Shown: positions 7,183-16,993 of the stretch, piece after piece
Position numbering within the stretch: the first letter of the stretch is position 1
Layout of the letters: each line of letters starts with the position of its first letter
DNA from: a bacterium
GTDB taxonomy: Bacteria; RBG-13-61-14; DATKZS01
Reading direction: 5' to 3'
Length of the DNA: 62,803 bases
NCBI GenBank assembly: GCA_046484135.1
Contig: JAWOBU010000067.1
Span: 1 to 62,803 of the forward strand
Made by a program: the position numbers and the translations under genes
The notes under the pieces: generated by a model
What the model saw: the letters and a program-made list of their open reading frames with translations, nothing else
The model's database searches: none
Told to the model about the DNA's origin: nothing

Positions 7183-10100
7183 ATGCCGAAGATCGAAGAC
7201 ATTGACAAGGTTATGATTATCAGTTCGGGTCCGATCATTATCGGTCAGGCCTGCGAGTTCGACTACTCGGGGACGCAGGCGTGCAAGGCGCTCCGGAAGC
7301 TGGGATACAAGGTAACCCTGGTGAACTCGAACCCGGCCACCATCATGACCGATCCCGGTATGGCGGACACAACTTACATCGAGCCGCTCAACCTCCAGAC
7401 CATGATCAAGATAGTGGAGAAGGAAAAGCCGGATGCGCTGCTTCCCAATCTCGGCGGCCAGTCCGGGTTGAACCTTTCCTCCGAGCTCAACCGCTCCGGC
7501 GCATTGGACAAGCACGGCGTCCGGATCATCGGGGTCCAGGCTGACGCGATCGAGCGCGGCGAGGACCGGCAGGCTTTTAAAGATACCATGGACCGGCTCG
7601 GGATCGAGATGCCCGAGAGCAGGATATCCACCAGCGTGGAGGAAGCCCTGGAGATAGCTTCGGAGGTCGGTTACCCGGTGGTGCTCCGGCCGGCCTATAC
7701 CATGGGAGGCACGGGCGGCGGCCTGGTCTACAACGAGGACGAGCTCCAGACGGTCTGCGCCCGCGGTCTCTCCGCCTCCCTGGTCGGGCAGGTACTGGTC
7801 GAGGAGTCGGTGCTGGGCTGGGAAGAGCTCGAGCTCGAGGTGGTCCGCGACTCCAAGAACCAGATGATCACCGTCTGTTTTATCGAGAACGTGGACCCCA
7901 TGGGCGTGCACACCGGCGATTCCTACTGCACCGCTCCCATGTTGACCATTGATCCCGACCTGCAGAAAAGACTCCAGGATTACTCCTACGCCATTGTGGA
8001 GGCCATCGAGGTCATCGGGGGGACCAACATCCAGTTCGCACATAACCGCGAGACCGGCAGGGTGGTGGTCATCGAGATCAATCCCCGCACCTCGCGCTCG
8101 TCTGCTCTGGCATCGAAAGCCACCGGATTTCCCATCGCCATGGTCAGCTCCATGCTGGCGGGCGGCATGACCATGGACGAAATCCCCTACTGGCGGGACG
8201 GGACCCTGGAGAAGTACACGCCGGGCGGCGACTACGTGGTGGTCAAGTTCGCCCGCTGGGCGTTCGAGAAGTTCCAGGGGGTGGAGGACAAGCTGGGCAC
8301 CCAGATGCGTGCGGTGGGCGAGGTCATGAGCATCGGCAAGAACTACAAGGAATCACTCCAGAAGGCCATCCGGTCCCTCGAGACCGGCCGCTACGGCTTG
8401 GGCTTTGCCAAGGACTTTAACGAGCGGACCCTGGACGAGCTCATGGCCATGCTGCGCGACCCCACCAGCGAGCGACAGTTCCTGATGTACGAGGCTTTGC
8501 GCAAAGGCGCCACCGTAAAGATGCTCCAGGAAAAGACGGACATCAAGGACTGGTTCATAGAACAGATGAAAGAGCTGGTCGAGCTGGAAGAAGAGCTCTT
8601 GAAACACAAGGGATCGCTCCCGCCGGACGATCTCCTCAGCCGCGCCAAGAAAGACGGGTTCGCGGACAAGTACCTCTCCATGGTCCTCGGCGTCCCGGAA
8701 AAAGATATCAGGCAAAAGCGCAAGTCGCTCGGCGTAGTAGAAGCCTGGGATGCTGTCCCCGTCTCGGGCGTCGAGAACGCCGCTTATTACTACTCCACTT
8801 ATAACGCGCCCGACAACGTCCCGGCGAGCGACAACCCGAAAAAGATCATGATCCTGGGCGGCGGCCCCAACCGCATCGGACAGGGCATCGAGTTCGATTA
8901 CTGCTGCGTGCACGTGGCGTTCGCTCTACGCGAGATGGGCTACGAGACCATCATGGTAAACTGCAACCCGGAAACCGTTTCCACTGACTATGACACCTCC
9001 GACAAGCTCTACTTCGAGCCGCTCACGGTCGAGGACGTGCTTTCCATCTACGAGAAGGAAAAGCCGATGGGCGCGATAGTCCAGTTCGGCGGCCAGACCC
9101 CTCTTAACATCGCGTCGGAGCTCGAAGAGGCGGGAGTTCGCATTATCGGCACTACTCCTCAAACCATTGACATGGCGGAGGACCGGGACCAGTTCCGGCT
9201 CATGATGGAGAAGCTCGGCATCCCCATGGCCGAGTCGGGCATGGCGTCCACCTTTGATGAGGCCCTCCGGATATCCGCCCGCATCGGTTACCCCCTCATG
9301 GTGAGGCCCTCCTACGTGCTGGGCGGCAGGGGCATGGAAGTGGTGCACGACGAAAACATGCTTCGAGAGTACATGAACGCGGCTGTGGTCGTAAGCCCGG
9401 AGCGGCCCATACTCATAGACAAGTTCCTGGACAACGCCATCGAGGCTGAGGCCGACGCCATCAGCGACGGCAAGGACGCCTTTGTTCCCGCGGTCATGGA
9501 GCACATCGAGCTGGCGGGGGTGCATTCGGGGGACTCGGCCTGCGTGATCCCGCCGGTGTCCATTCCCAGAAAGCACGTGGACACCATCATCGAGTACACC
9601 CGGAGGATCGCGGTCGAGATGGAGGTGGTCGGCCTCATGAACATCCAATACGCCATCCATAACGACGTGGTCTACATACTGGAAGCAAACCCTCGGGCGT
9701 CGCGCACCGTGCCCCTGGTGTCAAAGGTGTGCGGGGTTTCCATGGCAAGGCTCGCCACCCGACTGATGCTGGGTGACAAGCTTACGGACCTGAAGCTCAC
9801 CCGCAAGCCGGTGCCGCACTTCGGGGTCAAAGAAGCGGTGTTCCCCTTCAACATGTTCCCGGAGGTGGACCCGGTGCTGGGGCCGGAGATGCGCTCCACC
9901 GGAGAAGTCCTGGGCCTGGCCGACTCCTATGGGCTCGCCTTCTACAAGGCGGAGGAGGCCACCCAGACCGGCCTGCCGGAAAAAGGCACCGTTTTAATAA
10001 GTGTCTCCGACCATGAAAAAGAAGCGCTGGTGCCCATGGCCCGAAGGTTCAAGGACCTGGGCTTTCAAATCCTGGCCACCAGAGGCACCCACGACAAGCT

Positions 10101-10386
10101 TGTCAAGAGCGGAATCTCGTCAGAGCCCATACTCAAAATCCACGAGGGCCGTCCCAACATTGCCGACGCCATCGCCAACAAGGAAATCCAGCTCGTGATC
10201 AACACCCCCAGCGGAAAGCTCTCCGCACACGACGACTCCTACATCAGGAAGGCCGCCATCAAGCACAAGATTCCCTACATCACCACCTTGGCCGCGGCCA
10301 ATGCCGCCGCCCTCGGGATCGAAGCCAGAAGGAGCGGAGAGTGGCAGGTCAAGTCCTTGCAGGAGTACCACCGGGACATCGAGTAG
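7183..10386 (+). CDS. carB: Carbamoyl-phosphate synthase large subunit
   Basis: MPKIEDIDKVMIISSGPIIIGQACEFDYSGTQACKALRKLGY plus a duplicated ATP-grasp half (KIMILGGGPNRIGQGIEFDYCCVH) and an MGS-like C-terminus. I place the start at ATG 7183 (GAGAGGGAAAC upstream), not at the track's 7015. Confidence 0.95.
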   Translation: MPKIEDIDKVMIISSGPIIIGQACEFDYSGTQACKALRKLGYKVTLVNSNPATIMTDPGMADTTYIEPLNLQTMIKIVEKEKPDALLPNLGGQSGLNLSSELNRSGALDKHGVRIIGVQADAIERGEDRQAFKDTMDRLGIEMPESRISTSVEEALEIASEVGYPVVLRPAYTMGGTGGGLVYNEDELQTVCARGLSASLVGQVLVEESVLGWEELELEVVRDSKNQMITVCFIENVDPMGVHTGDSYCTAPMLTIDPDLQKRLQDYSYAIVEAIEVIGGTNIQFAHNRETGRVVVIEINPRTSRSSALASKATGFPIAMVSSMLAGGMTMDEIPYWRDGTLEKYTPGGDYVVVKFARWAFEKFQGVEDKLGTQMRAVGEVMSIGKNYKESLQKAIRSLETGRYGLGFAKDFNERTLDELMAMLRDPTSERQFLMYEALRKGATVKMLQEKTDIKDWFIEQMKELVELEEELLKHKGSLPPDDLLSRAKKDGFADKYLSMVLGVPEKDIRQKRKSLGVVEAWDAVPVSGVENAAYYYSTYNAPDNVPASDNPKKIMILGGGPNRIGQGIEFDYCCVHVAFALREMGYETIMVNCNPETVSTDYDTSDKLYFEPLTVEDVLSIYEKEKPMGAIVQFGGQTPLNIASELEEAGVRIIGTTPQTIDMAEDRDQFRLMMEKLGIPMAESGMASTFDEALRISARIGYPLMVRPSYVLGGRGMEVVHDENMLREYMNAAVVVSPERPILIDKFLDNAIEAEADAISDGKDAFVPAVMEHIELAGVHSGDSACVIPPVSIPRKHVDTIIEYTRRIAVEMEVVGLMNIQYAIHNDVVYILEANPRASRTVPLVSKVCGVSMARLATRLMLGDKLTDLKLTRKPVPHFGVKEAVFPFNMFPEVDPVLGPEMRSTGEVLGLADSYGLAFYKAEEATQTGLPEKGTVLISVSDHEKEALVPMARRFKDLGFQILATRGTHDKLVKSGISSEPILKIHEGRPNIADAIANKEIQLVINTPSGKLSAHDDSYIRKAAIKHKIPYITTLAAANAAALGIEARRSGEWQVKSLQEYHRDIE

Positions 10387-10553
10387 AGCAACGTAATCAA
10401 GTTACCCCCTCATCCTCAATTGCCTTTGTTCGTTACCTGAAAAAAACAGGGGAAGTCACCTCCAAGACGATCTTGTCAAAATCTGCGAGTTGCGCGATAC
10501 TCTTCGGCTGATGATAAGTATATTTTTTATTGTGAGGAGTAGCCGGAAAAGCC

Positions 10554-13241
10554 ATGATCAACGCCGCTGAGATACGGCTTACGCCTTCGGGGCGTCTGCG
10601 TTTGGAGGGCACAGAGAAAGAACCGGACTCGCCGGTTTTATGGTCTTTGCGGAAGGCCTTTGATGACGACTGGCGGGAAGGCGTTTTCAAGCTGGCCGCG
10701 GAGAAGATCGAGTCGGACGGCTCTCCCACCCTCCGTTTCTGGCAGGAGTTTGCAGGCCGCTACCTTACTCGTCTGTGCCATATTCCGGAGAGCACTGACG
10801 CGTTCGAGGTGGAAGCGCCGTCCGAGTTTGAGCTTGCCTCGCTCGCCTGGAAAGCGCCGCCCATGAGCGGTGGGGAGTACCTTTCCGAGGACACACTTGC
10901 CGGAGTTTGGGAGTCCCTGGACCAATGGGTGCGGGAGGCTGTTGCTGCAGAGCAGGGACTGGAGGCTTTGCTTGAAAAGCGGGCGCCGAAGTGGAACCAG
11001 GTCGGCCGCGTCTGCTTTCACCTGGCGGAAAACAAGAACGACGAACAGCGGCCTTTTGCATTCATGGCGAGTTTTACCACCGGCTTTGGAACGCAAGGAC
11101 GCCTGAAGTATCTCCCGCTTTCCAAGGCGCTCGACCACTATGCGGGCGAGCGCAACCGGCCGGCCCTTATCAAGCTGCTCTCCCCCGTCCACAAGGCGGC
11201 GGAGAACCTGCCCTGGGTCAAGGAGCTGGTGGACACCGGCGAGATATACCGGCCCATGGCCTGGTCAGAAGACCGGGCCTACCAGTTCCTCTTAAGCGTG
11301 CCCGACCTGGAGGAGTCCGGGCTTACTGTCCGGGTCCCTAACTGGTGGAAAAAACGCCAGCGGCCCCAGGTGTCGGTAACCATCGGCGAAGAGAAGAAAG
11401 AAAGGCTCGGCGCTGACGCACTCCTCGACTTTAACGTAAAGGTGGCCCTTGGCGGCGAGAAGCTCTCGCAGGAGGAGCTTGCCGAGCTTCTCTCTTACGA
11501 TAACGGGCTGGTCTTTTTCAAGGGCCAATGGATCGAAGTGGACCGCGACAAACTGAAGGAAGCCATTGAGCACTGGGAAGCGCTCCAGCAGAAGTACCGG
11601 CAAGGCGAGATATCTTTTATCGAGGGCATGCGCCTGCTTGCCGGCGCCTCCTCCGACTTGAAGCACGAGGAGGAGGCGGAAGAAGAGCGCTCCTGGGTGA
11701 ATGTGACCGCGGGCGACGCCATGCGCGAGATACTGGCCGGCCTGCGCGAGCCGGGCCGGTTGTCGGCTGTTGAACCGGGCGATGATTTGAAGACCGAGCT
11801 CCGGCCCTATCAGCGCGAGGGCCTTTCCTGGCTTAAACTCTTGAGCGAACTCGGCCTGGGCGCCTGCCTTGCCGACGACATGGGCCTGGGCAAGACCATA
11901 CAGGTCCTCTGCTTGCTTTTGTGCCGGCGGCGGGAAAAAGACCGGGAGCACGGACCCTCTCTCCTGGTGGTGCCGGCCTCGCTTCTCGGCAACTGGAAAA
12001 GAGAAGTTGAGCGGTTTACCCCCTCGCTGAAGCTCGTGTTCGTTCACCCCGCGGAGACGGAGCGGGCCAGGCTGGAAAAAATAGCGGAGTCTCCCTCCGA
12101 GCACCTTCAGGACGCCGACCTCGTGGTTACCACCTATGCCATGCTGACCCGGCAGGACTGGCTCGCGCAGCAGGACTGGCAACTGGTGATACTCGACGAG
12201 GCCCAGGCCATCAAGAATCCGGCAACGCGCCAGACCAAGGCGGTAAAGAAGCTCCGGACCCATGCGCGCATCGTGCTGACCGGCACGCCGGTAGAGAACC
12301 GGCTGGGCGACCTGTGGTCCATCTTCGATTTTCTGAACCCCGGCCTTCTCGGGTCGGCAAAGGTCTTCAAGTCATTCGTGGCCAGGCTCCAAAAGCGCGA
12401 ACAAGACCAGTTCGCGCCGCTGCGACAACTGGTGGGACCCTACATCCTGCGGCGCCTGAAGACCGACCGGAAGATCATCGCAGACCTGCCGGAGAAAACC
12501 GAAGCGCCCCGCTACTGCACGTTGACCAGGCAGCAGATAAAGCTCTATGAAAAAACCGTACAGGGAATGAAAGAATCGCTCGAAAAAGCGGAAGGCATGG
12601 AGCGCCGTGGGCTTGTACTCCAGACCCTCCTGCGCTTAAAGCAGATATGTAACCACCCCAGCCAGCTTTCAGGGAACGTCGAGTACAAGCCGGACCACAG
12701 CGGGAAGTTCCTCCGCCTCGCCGAGATATGCGCAGAGCTTGCCGAACGGCAGGACAAGGTCTTGGTGTTCACCCAGTTCCGTGAAATAATAGCGCCGCTG
12801 GCGGAACACCTGGCCGGAGTTTTCGGAAGGGGAGGACTCGTTCTCCACGGCGGGACCAGCGTGAAAAAGCGAAGGAGCATAGTGGAACAGTTCCAGAGAG
12901 ATGACGGTCCGCCCTTTTTCATCCTGTCGCTCAAGGCAGGCGGCACCGGACTCAACCTGACCTCCGCTTCTCATGTCATCCACTTTGACCGCTGGTGGAA
13001 CCCGGCCGTGGAAAACCAGGCCACTGACCGGACCTTCCGCATCGGACAGAAGCGCAACGTGCTCGTACACAAGTTCATTACCACCGGCACGGTCGAGGAG
13101 AAGATTGACGCGTTGATCCGGGAGAAGCGACAACTGGCGGAAGAAGTGCTTTCAGGGGAAGGCGAGGTGAACCTGACCGAGCTTCCGGACGACGAGCTGA
13201 TCGAGCTTGTCAGCCTCGATGTAACGCGTGCGGAGATGTAA
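10554..13241 (+). CDS. SNF2-family DNA-dependent ATPase/helicase with N-terminal bacterial SNF2-associated domain
   Basis: LRPYQREGLSWL, motif I ADDMGLGKT, motif II ILDEAQAIKN, helicase-C block LKAGGTGLNLTSASHVIHFDRWWNPAVENQATDRTFRIGQ. The N-terminal ~400 aa resemble the SNF2-associated domain (..LVFFKGQWIEVDRDKL..). Confidence 0.9.
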   Translation: MINAAEIRLTPSGRLRLEGTEKEPDSPVLWSLRKAFDDDWREGVFKLAAEKIESDGSPTLRFWQEFAGRYLTRLCHIPESTDAFEVEAPSEFELASLAWKAPPMSGGEYLSEDTLAGVWESLDQWVREAVAAEQGLEALLEKRAPKWNQVGRVCFHLAENKNDEQRPFAFMASFTTGFGTQGRLKYLPLSKALDHYAGERNRPALIKLLSPVHKAAENLPWVKELVDTGEIYRPMAWSEDRAYQFLLSVPDLEESGLTVRVPNWWKKRQRPQVSVTIGEEKKERLGADALLDFNVKVALGGEKLSQEELAELLSYDNGLVFFKGQWIEVDRDKLKEAIEHWEALQQKYRQGEISFIEGMRLLAGASSDLKHEEEAEEERSWVNVTAGDAMREILAGLREPGRLSAVEPGDDLKTELRPYQREGLSWLKLLSELGLGACLADDMGLGKTIQVLCLLLCRRREKDREHGPSLLVVPASLLGNWKREVERFTPSLKLVFVHPAETERARLEKIAESPSEHLQDADLVVTTYAMLTRQDWLAQQDWQLVILDEAQAIKNPATRQTKAVKKLRTHARIVLTGTPVENRLGDLWSIFDFLNPGLLGSAKVFKSFVARLQKREQDQFAPLRQLVGPYILRRLKTDRKIIADLPEKTEAPRYCTLTRQQIKLYEKTVQGMKESLEKAEGMERRGLVLQTLLRLKQICNHPSQLSGNVEYKPDHSGKFLRLAEICAELAERQDKVLVFTQFREIIAPLAEHLAGVFGRGGLVLHGGTSVKKRRSIVEQFQRDDGPPFFILSLKAGGTGLNLTSASHVIHFDRWWNPAVENQATDRTFRIGQKRNVLVHKFITTGTVEEKIDALIREKRQLAEEVLSGEGEVNLTELPDDELIELVSLDVTRAEM

Positions 13242-13252
13242 GGGAGGAAGGC

Positions 13253-14359
13253 ATGGAATATTTCTGGCCCAGGTACGTTTCAGTAGGCGAGCGGCGCGCC
13301 AAAGCCAGGCAACTGAAAGACAGGCTCCGGAAAAAAGGCATGGACATAAAGCCCATCGAGATCGAGGGCCGGGCCATAGCGCGGAGCTTCTGGGGCAAGG
13401 GGTGGTGTAAGCATCTCGAATCCTTCTCCGATTATGCGAACCGCCTTCCTCGCGGGAGGAGCTATGTCCGCCACCACGCGGTGTGCCACCTGGAAATCCA
13501 ATCCGGCCGTGTCGAAGCCATGGTCAGCGGGACCGATCTTTATAAAGTAACCATCGAGATCAAAAAGCTGGAAGCCGATAAGTGGCAGGCCATCAAGCAA
13601 AGGTGCGCCGGGCAGATCGGGTCCATGCTGGAGCTCTTGCGGGGCAGCCTGTCCAACGAGGTCATGGGGGTTGTCACCGACCGCGAGAACGGTCTTTTCC
13701 CCCTGCCGGGAGAGATCACGCTGAAATGCAGTTGTCCGGACTGGGCGGCGATGTGCAAGCACGTGGCCGCGGTGCTCTATGGCGTGGGAAGCAGGCTCGA
13801 CCATAAGCCCGACCTGCTCTTCCTGCTACGGGGCGTGGACGCGGAGGAGCTCATCTCCGCGGAGATGGCTTTGCATACCGACGAGACGGCTGAGGGAGCA
13901 GACATCATAGCCGAAGATCAACTGGGCGACATCTTCGGCGTCGAGCTCGAACAAGAGCCTGAACAGCAGAGCAAGCCGAAGCCTGAAAACAGGAAAAAAC
14001 CGGGCAGGCCTCGAAAGAAAAGCGCTCCCAAGAAACCGGGACGTCCTCGCAAAAAAACTTCTGCAACCAAAAAACCGGGCAGGCCCCGGAAATCTCAAAC
14101 CGCCCTGCCCTCCCCTGCGCACGCCAAAAAAAATGCAAAAGAAAAAAAACCTGCTCAGCCTGCGGATAAATCCCCCACCGGAAAATCCGTGGCCCGGCTC
14201 CGCCAAAAGCTCGGCCTCTCCGCAACTGAGTTCGCCGAGAAACTGGGAGTGTCCGCAGCAAGCGTGTATCGCTGGGAAAAAACCCCCGGCAGACTAAACC
14301 TGCACGAACGCACCTTAAACGCCATTGCCGACCTGGAACAAAGGACATCAAAAAAGTAA
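13253..14359 (+). CDS. SWIM zinc-finger protein with three AT-hook-like units and a C-terminal HTH-like segment
   Basis: SWIM signature CSCPDWAAMCKHVAAVLYGV. Three KKPGRPRK units. C-terminal LGLSATEFAEKLGVSAASVYRWEK. Starts 11 nt after the SNF2 stop. Confidence 0.85.
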   Translation: MEYFWPRYVSVGERRAKARQLKDRLRKKGMDIKPIEIEGRAIARSFWGKGWCKHLESFSDYANRLPRGRSYVRHHAVCHLEIQSGRVEAMVSGTDLYKVTIEIKKLEADKWQAIKQRCAGQIGSMLELLRGSLSNEVMGVVTDRENGLFPLPGEITLKCSCPDWAAMCKHVAAVLYGVGSRLDHKPDLLFLLRGVDAEELISAEMALHTDETAEGADIIAEDQLGDIFGVELEQEPEQQSKPKPENRKKPGRPRKKSAPKKPGRPRKKTSATKKPGRPRKSQTALPSPAHAKKNAKEKKPAQPADKSPTGKSVARLRQKLGLSATEFAEKLGVSAASVYRWEKTPGRLNLHERTLNAIADLEQRTSKK

Positions 14360-14575
14360 AGGGTAATGTTCCCTGGAAAAGCAGCCTTGTCTTGCCGGAC
14401 CTCAGTCTCACGCCGCAACACCGGAACACCCCTGCCGTCCAGCGCAATGTAAAGCGTTACAACAGGGTCCTGCAAATCTTTGATCGCTGTTAAAAACCCG
14501 TCTTGATTTCTAACAGACCCTTTGCTATGGTAAAAATATGAGAATATCTTTAAGCGCAGAGGGTGTTACTAAAGC

Positions 14576-16153
14576 ATGATCATAAAGTGTGACAAGTGCG
14601 GCACGAAATTCGAGCTTGCCGATGAAAAGATAGGAGAAAAAGGCGTTAAAGTACGCTGCTCCAAGTGCAAGAACGTATTCACCGTCAAGAAATCGGACTC
14701 CGAAAAGGAGACCAAAGCGCCGGAGCAGCCGCCCCCCCAGGAACAGCCGGAGTCTCAATCGGCTGCCCCTCCTCCAAAAACGGAAGAAGACCCTTTCTCC
14801 GATTTCTCCTTCAACGACGACCTGGACTTCAGCGAAGGCGAGGAAGACGTGAAGATGGACGACAAACCAGGCGGAGCCAGTGTCCCGCCCCCGCCTCCGG
14901 AGAGCGGAGGAGGAGACCTCCTGGATGACTCGCCGGACATCTCGTTCAAAGAAGCGGACTCGAAGGAGGAAGCACCGCCGGAGGAAGACTTTGATTTTCC
15001 GGACGCCGACTTCGATTTTTCCGATGACGCCGACCTGGGGGACTCTTCCGAGTCCGCGGTTGCGTCCCACCCCCCGGCGAAAGCCGCGGGAGACTTTGCG
15101 GACACCGCCGGGGGAGACTCCTTAGATGACTTGGGAGACATCAGCTTTGACGAGGACAGTTTTACCGAGACCCCTCCCGAGCCCCTGAAAGAAGGGCCGG
15201 GGGTAGATGAGTACGGCAACGTAAGTCTTTCCGATGCAGACAAGGAAGCGGAAAAGCCTTCCGGCGTGAAAGGGCTCGACGAGGGGGAAGGCGACTTCCA
15301 CTTTGGGGCCTCTGCTGAAGGGGGATCGGAAACGGAAGAAGAAGGCATGGAGATGGACCTGGACGATTTTGTCAGGTCCCCTAAGTCCCGGGCTCCTGTG
15401 AGCGACGATTACGAGGCCAGCATAGGAGAATCGGAGACCGATGCCGATACTGCTCTTCCCAAGCAGGAGTCCAAGGAACCTCCGCCGCCGCCCAAGCCGG
15501 CGGTAAAAAAGCCGGCCAAAGCCAAGTCCCACGGCCTGAGAAACACGGTGATAGTGCTCCTGGTCCTGGCACTCGGCCTCTGCGGCGGCGGGCTGGCTTT
15601 TACCAGCTCCAAAGGATGGTTCACCTTTGCCGACCTAACCGCCGGCAACCTGGACAAGCTCCAACAGGTCCCGGACAAGTTCATGATCGAGTACGGGTTC
15701 AAAAAGATACCGTTAAAAGGCGAGGTCAAGATAAACGAGGATTCCTTTAATATTGATTATGACGTGGAGCTTCAAGGAGGAGACCGGGCCACCATCATAA
15801 GGGGCGAAGTACTGAATGACACCAACAAAATGGTGTCTTCCATCTCCGTGGAAGTGCCTCTGCTGGACCCCCGGACAGAGGAGGTCCTCACCAAGCCCGG
15901 CACCAACGAGGCATACAAAATATGGAGCTTCTGCGGAAAGAACTTCAGCAAGGAGGAGTTCAAGAACTACAGCAAAACCGGTATCGAGCTGGAGATGCAT
16001 GACGATCCCGACAAGACACTCTCGCCCGGCCAGTCCTGCAGCTTCATGCTGGTTGTCCCCAATGTGATAGACGCCATCGAGGGAAACGTGACCCTCTCGC
16101 TGGATACGATCAGTATCAGAGAGTGGGATATCGAATCCGATCCAAACCTGTAA
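14576..16153 (+). CDS. MJ0042-type zinc-ribbon protein with acidic disordered region, one TM helix and a DUF3426-like C-terminal domain
   Basis: N-terminus MIIKCDKCGTKFELADEKIGEKGVKVRCSKCKNVFTVKK (two CxxC pairs). About 270 aa rich in D/E/P. TM helix VIVLLVLALGLCGGGLAF. Folded C-terminal region. Confidence 0.7.
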   Translation: MIIKCDKCGTKFELADEKIGEKGVKVRCSKCKNVFTVKKSDSEKETKAPEQPPPQEQPESQSAAPPPKTEEDPFSDFSFNDDLDFSEGEEDVKMDDKPGGASVPPPPPESGGGDLLDDSPDISFKEADSKEEAPPEEDFDFPDADFDFSDDADLGDSSESAVASHPPAKAAGDFADTAGGDSLDDLGDISFDEDSFTETPPEPLKEGPGVDEYGNVSLSDADKEAEKPSGVKGLDEGEGDFHFGASAEGGSETEEEGMEMDLDDFVRSPKSRAPVSDDYEASIGESETDADTALPKQESKEPPPPPKPAVKKPAKAKSHGLRNTVIVLLVLALGLCGGGLAFTSSKGWFTFADLTAGNLDKLQQVPDKFMIEYGFKKIPLKGEVKINEDSFNIDYDVELQGGDRATIIRGEVLNDTNKMVSSISVEVPLLDPRTEEVLTKPGTNEAYKIWSFCGKNFSKEEFKNYSKTGIELEMHDDPDKTLSPGQSCSFMLVVPNVIDAIEGNVTLSLDTISIREWDIESDPNL

Positions 16154-16176
16154 AAACGCGCGCTAACGGCCCAGCC

Positions 16177-16968
16177 ATGTCCGCGGAAGACCAAACCGCT
16201 CTCGACGAAGAGAAAGTCAGAAAAACAACGGAGAAGCTGATCCGGGACGTAGCCGGAATACTGGACGCCAACCAAAGATTCATACTGATCACCGAAAAAC
16301 TCCAGAAGATGTCCCCTCCCCTTCTCGTCGAGGTCTTAAGGATGATACTGGACCGGGCCACCCACCATGACCCCCAGTACCAGGACTTCTTCCAGAACAT
16401 CGTGGACATCAAACGACTGGCCCGGCGGGTGGGCATGGGAAAGATGAGCGAGGTATATACCCTCGCCCGCCGCAAGTCCTATGAAGAGGTCATAAGGTAT
16501 CTGCAAATGATGCCTCCGGCCAAAAGAGTCGGCGAGGAGGAGGACATCGAGCAGGACGCCGTCATGAAGGACCTGTCTCTCGGCATCAAGCGCTCACTGG
16601 CCCGCACCAAGGACCAGGACACCTTGAACCGCCTCTGCCAGGAACAAGACCCCGTAGTTATTGAACTGCTCCTGCAAAACCCCAGGATCACCATAAAAGA
16701 GGTCGTAAAGATCGCTTCCAAGCGGCCCACCGGCGAGCATATCCTCTGGACCATATACAGGAACAAAAAATGGAGCAGCCACTACATGGTCAAGATGGCT
16801 CTCATCAACAACCCCTATACTCCGCCTTCCATCTCCGTTTCCCTGCTCCACTTTCTGATGGAGAACGACCTGGTGGACGTGGCGGAAAACACCATTCTTC
16901 ATTCCGCGGTAAGACGCGCCGCCGTGCAGATGATAAAAAGTAAGAGAAAATACGGCAACCAGAGTTAA
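16177..16968 (+). CDS. Hypothetical protein with helical (LRV/HEAT-like) repeats
   Basis: ORF 16123..16968. I prefer ATG 16177 (MSAEDQ..), which avoids overlap with the upstream gene. Recurring L(L/I)xNPxxxxxx motifs (LLQNPRITIKEV, LINNPYTPPSIS). No catalytic motif recognised. Confidence 0.5.
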   Translation: MSAEDQTALDEEKVRKTTEKLIRDVAGILDANQRFILITEKLQKMSPPLLVEVLRMILDRATHHDPQYQDFFQNIVDIKRLARRVGMGKMSEVYTLARRKSYEEVIRYLQMMPPAKRVGEEEDIEQDAVMKDLSLGIKRSLARTKDQDTLNRLCQEQDPVVIELLLQNPRITIKEVVKIASKRPTGEHILWTIYRNKKWSSHYMVKMALINNPYTPPSISVSLLHFLMENDLVDVAENTILHSAVRRAAVQMIKSKRKYGNQS

Positions 16969-16993
16969 GCCGCTCCCCAAGGACTGAGAAAGC

